A stretch of 64,000 nt of DNA from Eledone cirrhosa (GCA_964016885.1 OZ024748.1:4526001-4590000); one strand, 5' to 3'. Counted from the first letter of the stretch, positions 27,441 through 43,995 are shown. Numbers and translations: made by a program. Notes: generated by a model not told the origin, from the sequence alone.

Positions 27441-27959
27441 AACGTTATGTTTTGTTTTCTTTTTTACATCCAGGAAGATACTATTCAATCATAGGTCCGA
27501 CAATCTTTATAATTTAAGGCTTTTTTTTAATCATTTAGAGTAAGTAAAGCGGCATCAAAGTCCCTTTATTCTTTTGGAGTTTTAAAGGCTTGTGAAGATA
27601 TATTGATATATCCTTACGTCGAATAATTGAGCCGAATGCTTGCAACAGATTTAAACCTACAAATGTATGACACACAGAAGTCATAAAGCATGGATGTGGT
27701 ACGACCTCTTTAGATTGTAAACTGTTAAGGACCGACACAATTGCCTTAGGGGATGTAGGGTGCTTCACCTACTATTCACCTCTTCCTAGAGAGTTTTACT
27801 ACCAAGTATTTTATGTTTTTTGGGTTTGTTTGTTTGTTTGCTTATATTGGTAATAACACTACTTTTTTGCCGACTACGACTCTTTCGCAAGGAAATATGT
27901 GATGCACAGAGAAACGAATTACTTTTCTCTAAATTTTGCTGATGTTATGCAAAATATTG

Positions 27960-28075
27960 CATTTGGCTACCGGAAGTAGCTACTGGAGAGCGGAAGCTGC
28001 CGCAATTATAATGGCGGTGGCGACGACAAAAGTATCTGCAGTTGAGCATTAAATACTTCTATTACGTCATAGCAT
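27960..28075 (+). promoter_or_regulatory. Candidate promoter (ETS + YY1 + CRE-like motifs)
   Basis: ccggaagt at 27970, gcggaagc at 27990, taatggcgg at 28009 and ttacgtca at 28062, in a CpG-containing unique island. Confidence 0.3.
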
Positions 28076-28404
28076 TACAGCAGGTCCCCCTTCAGGAGTC
28101 ATCTTATTACACCTCAGTAAATTATTCGATATCAACAGTTTCCCTTTCTGTTCTTCTTTCTATCTTCTTAGTCTATCTTCTCTCTTTTATCTTCCTCTTC
28201 TTTCTTTCATCTACTTTTCTTCTTTCTTCCTCACTACATTCAGTCGTATCTTCCATATTTTCTTCAGTATTCTTACGTTAAATATTTCAAAAGTGACCCC
28301 AGTCCCGCCAGGCATTTCCCCTTCTCTTTCCCTTCTATAGTTTGTGCACACCCACCAATATACACACACTTACAAACATATATATATACATATATATACA
28401 TACT

Positions 28405-28444
<40 letters not shown>

Positions 28445-28457
28445 CATAAATATATAT

Positions 28458-28522
<65 letters not shown>

Positions 28523-29273
28523 TATATATATAAGCATACATATATACATACATATATATATACATGCATCTATATATATACATATTTAAGGTTCTATGTA
28601 TCTCTTTTTGTATACTTTTCATATAGTCACACTATTTCTCCCTTTCTCTTCAATTCTGTATCTATACTTCTTTCTTTCTTTTCTCTTCTCATTTAATAAC
28701 TGGCCATTCTCTCACCCCCCCCCCCCCCTGCTTCTACGATTACCGTTGGAACCATTAATCTTGATTCCTTGAGAAGAAACGCTGCTACAAGTCTGCCATT
28801 ATTAGAGGTTTCTGGTCGACGAAGCAATGGAATATTAGTAAACGGAGAGTATAGGTTTGGACACTGTATTTAAATTGTAATCAGTAGCTACATTGCGATG
28901 CCTTTCCAATTTTCTAGGTTGTCTTTAAGACACAACATCTCAAAAACTACGAGGACGGATAATTTAGGGAGGGAAAATATCTCATTTTGCTTTTCGTTTT
29001 CAGACAAACTGGAGACATACAGATAGATATTGTTTTTCCTTGAATCTTTGATGTAAGAAATTTGGAAATAAATGTGTCGAAATTGGAAATGTATGATTAT
29101 GTGAATATATATATATATTCACATTCACATAATCATTATATATATATATATATAGTCCCTTGTGATTTGAACGCATATATGTATATATCTGTGTTCGTCT
29201 CTTTTGTTGGTGTATGTATGTGTGTGTATATATGTCTAATACATATGTGTGTGTGAATGTATGCATATGTCTA

Positions 29274-29313
<40 letters not shown>

Positions 29314-29970
29314 AGCTGTATCCAATCCAGAGCTTTCTCATTCTGTTGGAGGAACACCTCTCTTTATGACCTCCACCACTTTCTGTGTGGTTTTGTAGCT
29401 AGAGGTAATAATGGTACCGTCGACATTTTATAAAATAGGGACTTATGTATTACATGTATTGCAGTGTAGCAACAGGTGGTATGGACATATACTTACTTAT
29501 ATCGACTTTCTAGTTTGAGTATTTCTTAAGTGGTGGTCACGTTGGGAGTACAAACACGGGACAATTACTGCTCTTTTTTTCAGTCCCGAGGTCAGTCAAA
29601 GACATTTTAACAACAACCATAACATTTTAGTGAGACACTGTAGAGTTCTGGGTGGAATATATAATCCATCACCTGATTTAACACGACTACATGGTCTTTG
29701 GACAAGTTTAGTGGATATGAGTCTGTTACAGGTATTTCGTTTGAAAAGACCTCCACACACACACACATATATGTATATATACGCCCATAAACACACACAT
29801 AAACACATATATATTTATATGTATGTATATGTATGTATTTGTGTGTGTGTGTATGTATGTATATATATATATATATATATCCATACATGTTCGTGTGTGA
29901 TGAGATAAAATGAGAGGTGAAAAGGAAAAAGATGATATAAAGAGAGACAGTGTTCTAACGGTGGGGGGAG

Positions 29971-30052
<82 letters not shown>

Positions 30053-30177
30053 GAATTGTAAAATTAAAAAGCAAAACAAAAGTTTTCCACCACAATCATT
30101 ACAACCACCCCCGCCATCATTTAACCATGCACACATACATATATATGTATATATATGTATATATATGTATATACATA

Positions 30178-30280
<103 letters not shown>

Positions 30281-30435
30281 ATATATACACATATATATAT
30301 ACACATACATATATATACATATATATACCCATATATATATATATATATATATACATACATATATATACACACATACACACACATGTATATATACACATAT
30401 ATATAAATATGTACATATATATAAATATGTACATA

Positions 30436-30481
<46 letters not shown>

Positions 30482-31464
30482 TATATATATATGTCAAGGC
30501 AGGCAGAAAACAAGAGAGAAGAAAGCAAGATGGCGAAAAATTCGACGGGGGAGGGGGAAGGGGGAGTGGATCCATAAATGATTTATGATATGGGTGTTTG
30601 GAAGTATTTGCCATGACACACATACTCTGACACACACACACACACACACACATACACACACGCGCGCGCTAACACACTCACACACACACACACACACACA
30701 CACACATAAGCATTGATACACACACGAACACAGGCATTCATACACACAAACAAACGTCCACACACACATTTGCACGCACAGACATACTCACACACTCAAA
30801 CACTAACACAGACACAGAAACACTAACACACATACACACACACGCTGACACAGACACACAAACACTGACACAGACACACAAACACTGACACAGACACACA
30901 AACACAGACACACTAACACTGACAGACATACGCACACACTAACATACACACACACACACTAACGTACACACATACTAACACACACACATATACACACACA
31001 CCAACATACACGCACCCTAACACACCTACCCACTAACACACACACACACACTAACATACACACGCAGACACATACACACACACTAACACATATATACACT
31101 CACACTAACACATATATACACACACACAAACACGCATATATATACACACACATATTTATACACACAGACTAACACATATAGACACACACACACTAACACA
31201 CACATATACACACACACATATTTATACACACACACTAACACATATATACACACACACACTAACATATATATACACACACACATATTTATACACACGCACA
31301 CTAACACATATATATATACACACCAACTAACAGTCATATACATACGCATGGACGAAGGTTTCAAGTTTGCAGGTCATTGGTAAGATCAGACAGGAAGTGC
31401 AGGATTCATGAGCCAAACACGAGGCAAACACTTGAACAAGATTAATTACTTAATACTCGTTCTC

Positions 31465-32219
31465 GCGCCAATACCTTCACACGGCCACCAACAATGACAC
31501 CCGACTCCGCCACCACTGTCACAGACACCAGCCCCCCCCCCCCCCCACACACACAGACACACTGCACCTAACTGCCACCGCTACGAAGCTGTGGCACCAA
31601 CACCCACTCCGCCACACTGCCAACGCCACCACCACGGAAGAACGACACCAGCACCTCCTACTCCGCCTCACTTCCAACACGCCACCACCACAGAGCAGTA
31701 ACCCCGACCGACACCTACTCCGCCTCACCCCACCGCCACGGAGCCAGCAAGCCAGAACACCTACACCGCCTCACTGCCAACGCCACCACCACAGAACAGC
31801 AACCCCCCTACACCTACTCCGCCTCACTGCCACCGACATGGAGCTGCGACACCACCACCACCACCACCACCACCGACATGGAGCTGCGACCCCCCCCCAA
31901 CCATGGAGTCCAATACCTTCACACAGCCACCAACAATGACACTCCGCTCCGCTATCATCTTCGCGTAGCACCGACAACGACAGTTCAGCCTCCACCACCA
32001 CCACCACCACCAACACCACCAACACCACCACCAACACCACCACCACCACCACCACCAACACCACCATCGCCACCACTAGCAAAATTTGCAAGACTAACAG
32101 TAGTAGTAGCAGTAGTAGCAGTAGTATTAGCAGTAGTGTCAGTAGTAGTAGTAGTAGTATTACTAGTAGTAGCTGTAACAGTATTATTACTAGTAGTAGA
32201 TGTAGTAGATGTAGTAGAT

Positions 32220-32267
<48 letters not shown>

Positions 32268-32313
32268 TCAGTAGTAGTAGTATTACTAGTAGTAGATGTA
32301 ACAGTATTATTAT

Positions 32314-32351
<38 letters not shown>

Positions 32352-32380
32352 ACAGCAACATTACTGCTGACGGGTAGCAT

Positions 32381-32416
<36 letters not shown>

Positions 32417-32420
32417 GCAG
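31465..32420. repeat. GC-rich degenerate tandem array (cacctactccgcctcac units) followed by (CCA)n, (TAG)n and (CAT)n
   Basis: Repeated units plus a 45-bp direct repeat at 31468 and 31910. Confidence 0.8.
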
Positions 32421-32910
32421 CAGCAGGATTAACATCACCTTCAGCCACTGACGTACCCTGCACCACCACCATCAACAACATCACCACCACTCCTAGGATC
32501 ACCAACACCATTATCACAAGTTGAATAGGGAGGGAGGGGGGTCTTTTACCTGTTAACACAGCATGCTAAAAATAACAGCCAAATCTTAAATTTACAGACA
32601 TATATTTTAAACGTCCGTATAGAGCTGTTAAGCCTTGGCAGAGTAGGGGAGGCATCTAGTACCCCTTACAGGTAAGAAACAAACGCAAAATAGAAAGAGA
32701 TATAAAAAAGGGAAGACAAACTGTTTGTCAATCAATGATAAACAGTGAGTGTGTTTTACTATTTTGTTAGCAATATTAGGACAACAATATAACAACATAC
32801 AACACAAGCTAAAGAATTCGTATGTGGAAAGCCATGACAATGCGAATTAGACAGAAAGTATTCAAGTTGTAAGAAACGAGGGATGATTTTTACCTTAATT
32901 TATTCACATG

Positions 32911-32948
32911 TCCTGATATTTCGAGATTAATATCTCTTCTTCCGAGGA
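32911..32948 (-). ncRNA. Minimal HHR, core mutated (CGGAAGA); same family as 43701
   Basis: UCCU-CGGAAGA-A-GAGAU-auua-AUCUC-GAAA-ua-UC-AGGA. Confidence 0.5.
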
Positions 32949-33945
32949 AAATAACAATATCAGTTTCGATACACGATTTCATATAAAAAAACCTCGCCAA
33001 ACAAATACATCGCCACCATGAATAAGATAGTTTTTAAGAAATGTGAAAAAGGCAGCTATAACCCAGCTAAAGTTTTCTGTTGCTGAATATTTCCGTGGCC
33101 TCCATGTACTGAAAGATATAATTTATAGTTGATAGTTGTTTGACAATATTAAGGGGGCTGTTGCAGAGGGTGTCGCTGGCAATTGTCCGCGGGGTGCAAC
33201 TCCAAGACCACCGCACCAAGTACTAGACCCCATAACCATCCCCTCCCTCCTCCCCATTCTTCTCTGACCATAGAGTTCTTGCCTTTCCCTTCCTTTCCGT
33301 TTTCATAACGATAAAAGACACTTGAATTTTTTACAATAAATAACGTTTATATATTAAGAACAGACTCGGTTAAATAAGGTAATTCAGATTTCCTTGTATA
33401 TAGGAGAACGACAGGATGGTCACAATTGGAATGTCTTATCATAGATCAACTTGATCATGGCCAAGCTCAACCAATTCCAAACTACTGAGGTCTCTTTAAC
33501 TATCTGTATATTGGAACATTTCATCTATGACTAAAAATGTGTTCCACGTAGCTTCTCTCTCTGTGGTATTGTGTAAAGCTAGATCTACACAAGGAAAATG
33601 ACCAGGTCTCTATGTACGAAGTCGCTTGACCTTACCCGAAATAGTAGCTTCCTCAAGTTATACATCTAACATTCGTCATTCTTGACCCTTTGAGGCTTAC
33701 CGTGCCGGTGGGTCTGTACCCTGACCGGTCTCGTGTTGAGCGAGGATGGAAGAATGCTCTTATACGTGTGGGTACATATATGTATGAGTATATGTAAATA
33801 TATGTGTGTATATGTATATATTTATGTATATATGTATATATTTATGTATATATGTGTATATATATATAGATATATGAATATATCTATATATATATGTATA
33901 TATATATGTATATGTATATATATGTAAGTATATATGTATGTGTTA

Positions 33946-34678
<733 letters not shown>

Positions 34679-34752
34679 CATACATACACTAATAAAGATT
34701 AACAAGGTTATATGCGTGTGTGTGTATTTGTATGTATATGCGAGTATTCGAA

Positions 34753-34798
<46 letters not shown>

Positions 34799-36633
34799 TT
34801 TGTGTGTCCGTGTTTGCCTATTTGCCTGTATATATATGCATATGTGTATACCTTTTAATCCGTCAATTAATCCTATACATAATTTAGCTAGTGTGTTTTG
34901 TTTCAGAATTACCCAGGTATCTAGTGATTTTCCTGTCGAAAACAAGACGTAAGCTGTAAAAATAAAAACTTTCATAATACCCACTTCATTACGTATTACT
35001 AGCTGCAGAATATTGATGAAGATAAATGAGGTTCGAATTATTTATGTTTGTTGTTGAATTAAAGTTAAATTCAGTTTTGTTTAATGTTAAATGTTTGCAG
35101 TTAAAGCCAGTGTTTACAATAACAATCGAAACAGCTGAATGTTATACCGCAGTGAAGAATCGTTAGAAAATGTTTGATTAGTTAAATCTACGCGAAGACT
35201 AGTGTGTCAAACGTTTCGGGAGTTTGTGCTTTGTCAGTTTTTCAACTAGATTTTTTTACCTTTTTATAGTCAAATGTTTGTAGTTAAAGCAAATGTTTAC
35301 TATTTAAAAACCGGAACATTTGAATGTTGTTCCTCAGTAGAGAGCTTCTGGAAATGTTTCATTAACATCATTCCAAAGATAACTGAATAGGCAAGTGTTT
35401 GGGTTTGTTCTGTTTTTGTTTCGTCAGTTTTCTTGTCAGTTAAGCTAGATGTTGTTGTCTATTGAAACTGAACTAATCTACAATACGAAACCACATTATA
35501 CATCCATTTAATTTCCCAGATGTCTTCCTTGACGGTCTTGATGGGGGAGTTCGTTAAAACTAATCACGGGTGTAATATCAATATAAAAAAATATTTTTGC
35601 TTCACCACATTAAGTATACACTTCAACAATTATTAGTGTTGGGCTCTTGATGGTAAAATCATACGTTCAGTTCGCAGGCATAGGAGGCACATAGTATCCT
35701 TGAGCAAGACAATTCCTTTCCCGTTATCCCCTCCTGACAAAGAAAATGAGTACCATTATAAGCTGGGGTTTTAAACCTACATCAACTTGGGTTCACCCTA
35801 CAATATAACAGCGATCCATACAGGAAGGAGCTTTATTCATATGGTCATGTGATGCCAAACAAATCAAGATCACTTTCGGCCTGATGAAATTCTGGGCTTG
35901 GAGCAGACTTTAACAATTTTAAACAAAAATACATCATTAGAAATAGGACCAGCAGTAGACGTAGAAAGACAAATCGACGTTAGAGAAAATGCCTCAAGGA
36001 ATGGTGAGTAAAGACAGGAAAATGTGAACGCGGGTAACTATAAATGTGGTTGCGTGGAGATATACTGGACAAATATGAAGAAAAATTAAGCGAATAACCA
36101 AAATATTATACAAAAAGATTAACTTTGTGATGGAGAGGCTTTTTTTCGACCAGGCCAAGATGGACAATAGCTGGCCAGAAAGTAAAAGAATAAGGAGAAG
36201 CAATGACATTTGGCAAAAGTTTTTCTTGATAAAATTGATCAATCGATGAAGTGATTGATATAACAGGATGATAAATAACGGTCAGTCTCCGAAATAGAAA
36301 TGTCAATATTTTTCTAGATCGGACACACACCAGGTTATAGCAACAATATGCTGTTATCGTTGTTCTTTAGCCCCAGGTCAGTTCTGATAAATCAGCTCTG
36401 ATAACATCTTAGCCCAGAACGTCACATATTTTATTTTATTTTTTATTGTTTCAGCCATAGTTTATCTAGGATCACATCATATATTATATCATTTATTAAA
36501 CACAGTAGCGTATGATCTGAAGGAGGTTTATGTACAATAGCTATCAGATCGAGTGTCTCCCTAAAACTCCTTTCTTTAGATCATTGTTATTGTTAAATTC
36601 CAAGTTCAAATATACCGGACGAAAGAAATAATG

Positions 36634-36848
36634 GTTTCTTATATAGGCACAAGGCCAGCAATTTTGGGGATGTGGAAGTCGATTAAATCGACCCCAGTAC
36701 GGGACTGGTGCTTTATTTATCGACCCCGTAAGGATGAAAAGCAAAGTTAACATCGGCGGGATTTGAACTCAGATCATAAAGGGCCGTAATTCCATGCTGC
36801 AAAGCATGGCGTCCGACTCTCTACCGATACTGCCAATCCACGACCCTT
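36634..36848 (-). mobile_element. Full-length OK-like SINE with 17-bp TSD
   Basis: TSD ggacgaaagaaataatg / ggacgaaacaaataatg. Confidence 0.9.
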
Positions 36849-37249
36849 GGACGAAACAAATAATGAAATACTTTACAGCCGTTAACAGCATGATAATTAA
36901 AATCTTTAACTTAATGAAGCAAGATCAGCTGCTTCATTTTAACTATTTTTTTGCTCTAGCAGTAATATGGGGAATTCAGCGACAGACCAAGATTTATTTT
37001 CTCTTTGCTCAACAACCTTTAGATCACAAACTGTTGAAATATTGGTCGCTTTCCAATAGGTATCTCGTGGAACTTAAGGTAGTATCAGATCAGTCAAACT
37101 CTAAAAACCCCAAAGGAGAGTAACATGAAAAAAGGGGCCCCAGAAAGGGGTGAAATGAGCCATTATGGGGAGATTTGACATAATGAAAGCGATACACACC
37201 GTCAACATAACCAACACAACCACCACCATTAACAAAACCGGCACCGTTA

Positions 37250-37690
37250 TCAACACCCACCACCAGCACCATCATCAACACTATCACCACCATCATCAAC
37301 AACACTACCATAACTATCACCATCACCCTCACCACCACCATCACCACCACCCTCACCACCACCACCATCAACATCACCCTCACCACCACCATCACCCTCA
37401 CCACCACCAACACCACCACCCTCACCACCACCACCATCAACATCACCCTCACCACCACCACCCTCACCACCACCATCACCCTCACCACCACCACCACCAC
37501 CACCCTCACCACCACCACCACCACCACCCTCACCACCATCACCCTCACCACCACCACCACCACCATCACCCTCACCACCACCACCACCACCACCCTCACC
37601 ACCATCACCCTCACCACCACCACCACTACCACCCTCACCACCATCACCCTCACCACCACCACCACCCTCACCACCACCACCACCATCAAC
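37250..37690. repeat. Compound (CAC)n array with caccctcac spacers
   Basis: Direct reading. Confidence 0.9.
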
Positions 37691-38137
37691 AGATATATCT
37701 TTACCTTCTAAAATAAAAAGAAACCCTTCATACAATGATTAATGTATCCACCATCTTAGACGGACGGTAAGCTGTCATTATTGTTGCCTTCAACTTGTCC
37801 CTGTTCAACGTTTCAAACATAACTCTCATCATCATCATCATCTTATTAATACTACCATTATATATTTATTATTACTGTTGTTGTTATCATTCCAAATGTT
37901 ATTTCATTTCCGCCCCCCCCCCTCCACATTCAGTATATTCTCTCTCTCTCTTGCTTTCTTACTCTCTCTGCATGTATATGTACGTATGTATGTCTGTATA
38001 TGTACCTATATATATATATATATATATATGTATTTGTACGTATATATATATATATTTGTATGTATGTATATGTACGTATATATATATGTGTATTTGTACG
38101 TATATATATATATATATTTGTATGTATGTATATGTAC

Positions 38138-38221
<84 letters not shown>

Positions 38222-38284
38222 GTGTGTATGTATGTGTGTATGTATGTATGTATATATATATGTGTGTATGTATATATGTGCGTT

Positions 38285-38325
<41 letters not shown>

Positions 38326-38429
38326 ATTGAAGCTTTCTACCCTTTCACCTCATTGAATTACACATGTATGTAAGTATATAAGTGTACATATATGTCTATA
38401 AGTATTTATGTATGTGTATATACGAGCGA

Positions 38430-38486
<57 letters not shown>

Positions 38487-38716
38487 ATAATGGAGGTATG
38501 TAAGCAGATATATAATTGGAACTAATATTCTTTTCTCAATCGATTTTCTCCATGTGTAAGTCTTGTATATGTTTATAGAATTTAATATACAGTAAATGTT
38601 AGCGACACACTCACTCTTATTCTCTCTCTTAATTACGTGGAATCGTCTTTACAGCCGAATCGGGTTTGATTTGAGTCTCAAAAATATACTTTTGATTCTC
38701 TCTCCCTCCCTCCTTC

Positions 38717-38771
<55 letters not shown>

Positions 38772-39191
38772 ATATATATATATATATATATATAGATATA
38801 TATATAGATATATATATATAGATATATATATATATATATATATATATGAAAAAGTGAGTCCTTCATCAGTGACCTTCCAACCGTCCCAGGCATTTCATCG
38901 CTTTAAGGGCCATATACCTCAGGTTGGTGCGAACAACGGCTAAAAAAAGTCGTTGGGACACGTAAATAAAGAGAACGTTAGGGTGAACAAACAAAATGGT
39001 TTAAGCAACAGAATATATATATATATAGGAGGTGAGTTTTATTGTAGTACAATAAAGCAATGCAGATATCGGATAAGAAGCACTCTACTGTTTGTAGGAC
39101 TGGAGTATACATAATATATAAGATCAAAAGATGGTTGATTTAAAACTGCACTATTCACAGGTGTTTTTTAACCTTCATATCATGTCTTCCT

Positions 39192-39260
39192 ATTTTATCT
39201 GAGGAAAACACAAATGTTATTGCATGATGATATTTTTTTTTGAAATGCGCATAATAAAAT
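39192..39260 (+). ncRNA. Type I HHR in a PLE-like end (family copy at 44519)
   Basis: AUUUUAU-CUGAGGA-(long stem II)-GAAA-UGCGCA-UA-AUAAAAU, then a tail into (TA)n. Confidence 0.7.
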
Positions 39261-39291
39261 ACATGGAACTCTTTTAACCATCTTTTGATCT

Positions 39292-39367
<76 letters not shown>

Positions 39368-39562
39368 ACTTATGTAGATAAATCTACCAAAATATACGGA
39401 AGTGTCCAATCCGTATGAAGAACTCAATGTAATCCAAATATCATGAAAAGAGAAGATGCATTCAAAAATTTTCGATGAAAATCATAGGAAAACAGAGTTG
39501 TTATATATATATATACAAACACACATCTCTCTCTCTCTATCTCTCTATGTATATATATATAT

Positions 39563-39660
<98 letters not shown>

Positions 39661-39756
39661 ACACACACACATACACACACACACATCTCCCTCTCTCTCT
39701 TTGTGTTCGATACGGTATGTTTACGTTGTATAACATTAGATGTATGAAATTCACAT

Positions 39757-39800
<44 letters not shown>

Positions 39801-39838
39801 CTATGTTGGAGAGAAAACTATATATATTCATAGATGTG

Positions 39839-39882
<44 letters not shown>

Positions 39883-39887
<5 letters not shown>

Positions 39888-40014
39888 ATAATAATAAATG
39901 TGAATACTAAAATGCGAAGAGGGCTCGATAAGTATAATATATATATAAAGTTGGTTTCAGAAGATACCGTTAAGGGTGAAAGCAGCGATTCTTTGCTTAA
40001 ACTTTAATCTGTTA

Positions 40015-40020
<6 letters not shown>
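39883..40020. mobile_element. PLE-like element with an inversion/deletion junction (family of 13240 and 61577)
   Basis: Left part matches 61577-61640; right part matches 13255-13322. Confidence 0.65.
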
Positions 40021-40045
<25 letters not shown>

Positions 40046-40080
40046 TTTAATATATATATATATATATTTTAATATATATA

Positions 40081-40128
<48 letters not shown>

Positions 40129-40130
<2 letters not shown>

Positions 40131-40313
40131 TAATTTAATATATCTACTAACATAAGCGCACAGATGTACGCTAATGCCAGCAAATACACAGGTTATGTCA
40201 TAGTACCTAGGTGGTTCAATGCAGGAGGATGCAGAACAATAATATATAAGACGTAAAATAAGAAAATTTCTTTAAAAAAATTTCCTTTTTAAAGAAATTT
40301 TCTTATTTTACGT

Positions 40314-40320
<7 letters not shown>
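40129..40320. mobile_element. PLE-like element with terminal fold-back (family of 11405)
   Basis: Hairpin tataagacgtaaaataagaaaatttctttaaaaa / tttttaaagaaattttcttattttacgtcttata. Confidence 0.7.
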
Positions 40321-40363
<43 letters not shown>

Positions 40364-41035
40364 GATTTAGAAAATATATTTAAACTCAGAGTCAGAAAAT
40401 AATTGTTTAAAAATGAACCTCATTTGGTCATTCCATGAGAGTATCTTGGTCAGCCAAACAACTTTTCATCCTACTCTTGTATGCTGTGATTTGATTTCTG
40501 TACGAAATATTTTTAATATACAGGAAAGGGAAAGATCGTATCTCAGGACAATTTATTTTAAATAAATATATATTTTCCATGAATATATATTTCCAAGAAT
40601 ATATATATGTTTGGTAGACGAGCGTCAGTTCGTGAGTTCGATTCCCCGTAAAGTGTTGCATCCTGGAGAAATTCATTTTATGATGCTCCAATCCATCACA
40701 CCGAAAAAAATTGAGTTGTACCTACAATATATAATATACATACATATAATATATAAGTATATATTTTCAGGAGTAAGGATAACTGTTCATGAGGACTGTG
40801 GTGCGATTGTTTATGGTAACAATAAACCTTATGTAACTGACGTATATGAGAGTGTAAATATGACAATATTGCAATATACCACACAAACACTTTCGTACAT
40901 AATGATGAAGTAATATATAATAAACTCGCAAATAACTCTGCGTGTTTTGTTCAGGTGTTGAGTTGATATGCTACAGTTTATTATATATATATGTATATAT
41001 GTATATATATATATGTATGTATATGTATATGTATA

Positions 41036-41164
<129 letters not shown>

Positions 41165-41309
41165 TATCGTTTTTTTATCATCTGGAATATTGCAATGATT
41201 TTTTCGATTCCAAAAGAAAATTGCTAATGTGAACGAGAAGACGACCAGAAACGTAATTACACACACAATCACGCCCTCACACACTTACACACACCTTCTG
41301 ACAAACACT

Positions 41310-41340
<31 letters not shown>

Positions 41341-41537
41341 CTGTGTGCATTAATATATATATATATATATATATAATGTCGATGTGTTTCGTGACGTACG
41401 TTTTAACAGCCATCATACCTAAAAAAATCGAATATGATGTATGGAGTTATTTTAGATGGAAATGGAAGTGTACAGGCATACAAAATCACACACACACACA
41501 CGCACACACGCACACACACACACACGCACACACGCAC

Positions 41538-41597
<60 letters not shown>

Positions 41598-41662
41598 ACG
41601 CACACATATATGTACATACAGGAGATGAAAATATAGCATGTTTAACACTCTGAAATGTAATC

Positions 41663-41758
<96 letters not shown>

Positions 41759-41972
41759 AAATACATCATATTTATAAATCTCTCTCTCTCTCTATTTCTC
41801 TGTCTCTCTGTATATATATATATAAAGTCGATATGGTGAGTATATAGTTTCAGGTTGTTCGACTGGATTTTTTTTATTTTGGGTTAAATTGCTGAATTCG
41901 AAATTATAGGTTATTTTTTTTAGAATACAGGATACACCAGCCTTTTTTAATGCGTATGTATATATATATATG

Positions 41973-42103
<131 letters not shown>

Positions 42104-42342
42104 GTGTGTGTGCACTCTTCTTCATGTATTATATCTCATATTACTGTGTACACTGTAATTGAAGAGGGAGAAATATATTTACCAAATAGTGGTAAAGGAA
42201 GGTCGATTGACAAAGAAAATATGAGCAAAATCCCAATCCACCGTTTTTTAAAAAATGTTTTGTATCTTATACCTATGTAACATATGTATACTTGCAAAGC
42301 AAATACATCTGCATATATTAAGATAAAAACCATAGACACGCA

Positions 42343-42591
42343 CGTGATCTGAGTTTTTCGAATATAATAATATTCGATTAGTTTGCAATTATGCAAACAG
42401 TCTCTGTTTTAAAGCCATGTCAGTAGAATGAGCCCCTCATTCTTGCCCTTTTGTTGGCATGTAAACAGAACTGCTGACACAGATGTTTCTTTAAAACAGA
42501 GGCTGTTTGCATCACTCTTTAAAACAGAGGCTGTTTGCATAATTGCAAACGAATCAAATATTATTATAAATATTCGAAAAACTCAGATTAC
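42343..42591. repeat. ~70-bp inverted repeat with ~100-bp spacer and an internal duplication
   Basis: tctgagtttttcgaatat..tgcaaacagtctctgttttaaag versus ctttaaaacagaggctgtttgcat..atattcgaaaaactcaga. Confidence 0.8.
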
Positions 42592-42639
42592 ATTTATTGT
42601 ATTCACCCATGTAGAGCGATAATTTTTTTTAAATTTTGT

Positions 42640-42670
<31 letters not shown>

Positions 42671-43700
42671 AGAAAGATATAGAAGTTTTAGTGCAACCTA
42701 GTTTATTCGTAATCACTACTACTACTTCTACCACTAACACTATCACCACCACCACCACCACCACCACCACTACCACCACCATCACAGCCATCACATACTA
42801 TTCATATAAAATTGCTCTTTTGTGCATAGAAAACAATGTAATCATTCATAAAAATGAATTGTTTTTGCTTAATTTTTACTTTAAATATTTTAAAGAAAAA
42901 AATTGTTCGTTTAAAATATTTTAAAATATATAATTCATTTCATTTTTTAAAATTATATATAGATAGCGTTAGTTTTTGTTCTATATTTTACTATTTCTTT
43001 ATTTATGTACGCGTGTTCCAGAAATTAAATTAAAAAAATATATATATTTCAAACAGATATTTTGCTATTTCTTCATATTATAAATTGTCCGACATTTTCT
43101 TATTCCTGGCGGTTTGTGAAGAATCATTAAAATCTCATGATTTTCAACTGTGTTGGGAATAACCTCAAAGACGTAATATTTCTAAATTAAATTCTAAAAT
43201 AATAAATACATAAAGGAAGAAGGGAAGTATTAGAAGTATTATAAAGGAAGGGAAGAAGGAAATAGTAGGAAAGGGAAGAAAAGCATAAATATAAACCTAA
43301 TACAAAAATATAATGCTTCATTCTTTTGTCTTAAAAAGTCAACAGTAGTAAGCAGTTACATTTGAAATTGGAGATGTGTGTGTTTTTTTTAATTACATTC
43401 ATCATTATATTCACCGTCGTCAAAATCATCGTAACTGTCATCATCACAGATGCTTTCCTCATTGCTATCATGATCGTGGTCATCATCATCATCACAAATA
43501 TCATCATCGTGGTCAACAGACATCACTATCATTCTCAACAAAATTAGTGCAAAGATGGATGAAATAATCTCACTGTAGAAATGTTCTTAAAGACATGCAT
43601 ATATGTATGAATATATATAAAAATATGAAGTTTGAAGGTCACGACAATGAGAAAATAAGACGAAACAAAATGGTATGAGTTACCTTATTTATTTATCCAT

Positions 43701-43735
43701 CCTGAAATTTCGAGATTAAATCTCTTCTTCAGAGG
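43701..43735 (-). ncRNA. Minimal type I HHR with palindromic stem III
   Basis: CCU-CUGAAGA-A-GAGAU-uua-AUCUC-GAAAUUUC-AGG, followed by AATAAA. Confidence 0.65.
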
Positions 43736-43829
43736 GAAATAACAAGAGACAAGTCCGGACTCGGTGAACGCGTTATGTCATGATAATATATTTTTGCATG
43801 TATGTATTTATGTCTACTTATATTTGTGT

Positions 43830-43995
43830 GTGCTGCGAATTGGCAATCATTAAAACGTTAGAAAATCTTTTGAGCTATTCGTTCAGTACTCTGAGTTTAA
43901 ATATCACCGAGGTCAACTTTGCCTTTCATCCACTCGCGGTCGATAAACAAAGTACTGGTCCAATACTGTGGTATGTCATTCATTGATATCACCCT
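43830..43995 (+). mobile_element. Diverged OK-like SINE
   Basis: ctgagtttaaatatcaccgaggtcaactttgcctttcatcc..gtcgataaa. Confidence 0.75.

Noticed and set aside
35089-35363. Diverged ~180-bp local tandem duplication (also 24548-24690)
   Set aside because: Old ordinary duplications with no sign of function.
35880-36330. Purine-rich stretch resembling a decayed LINE ORF
   Set aside because: No diagnostic motif could be recovered.
37165-37716. His-rich protein (beak-protein-like) or Gly-rich ORF
   Set aside because: Compound (CAC)n array open in several frames, with no signal peptide or splice support.
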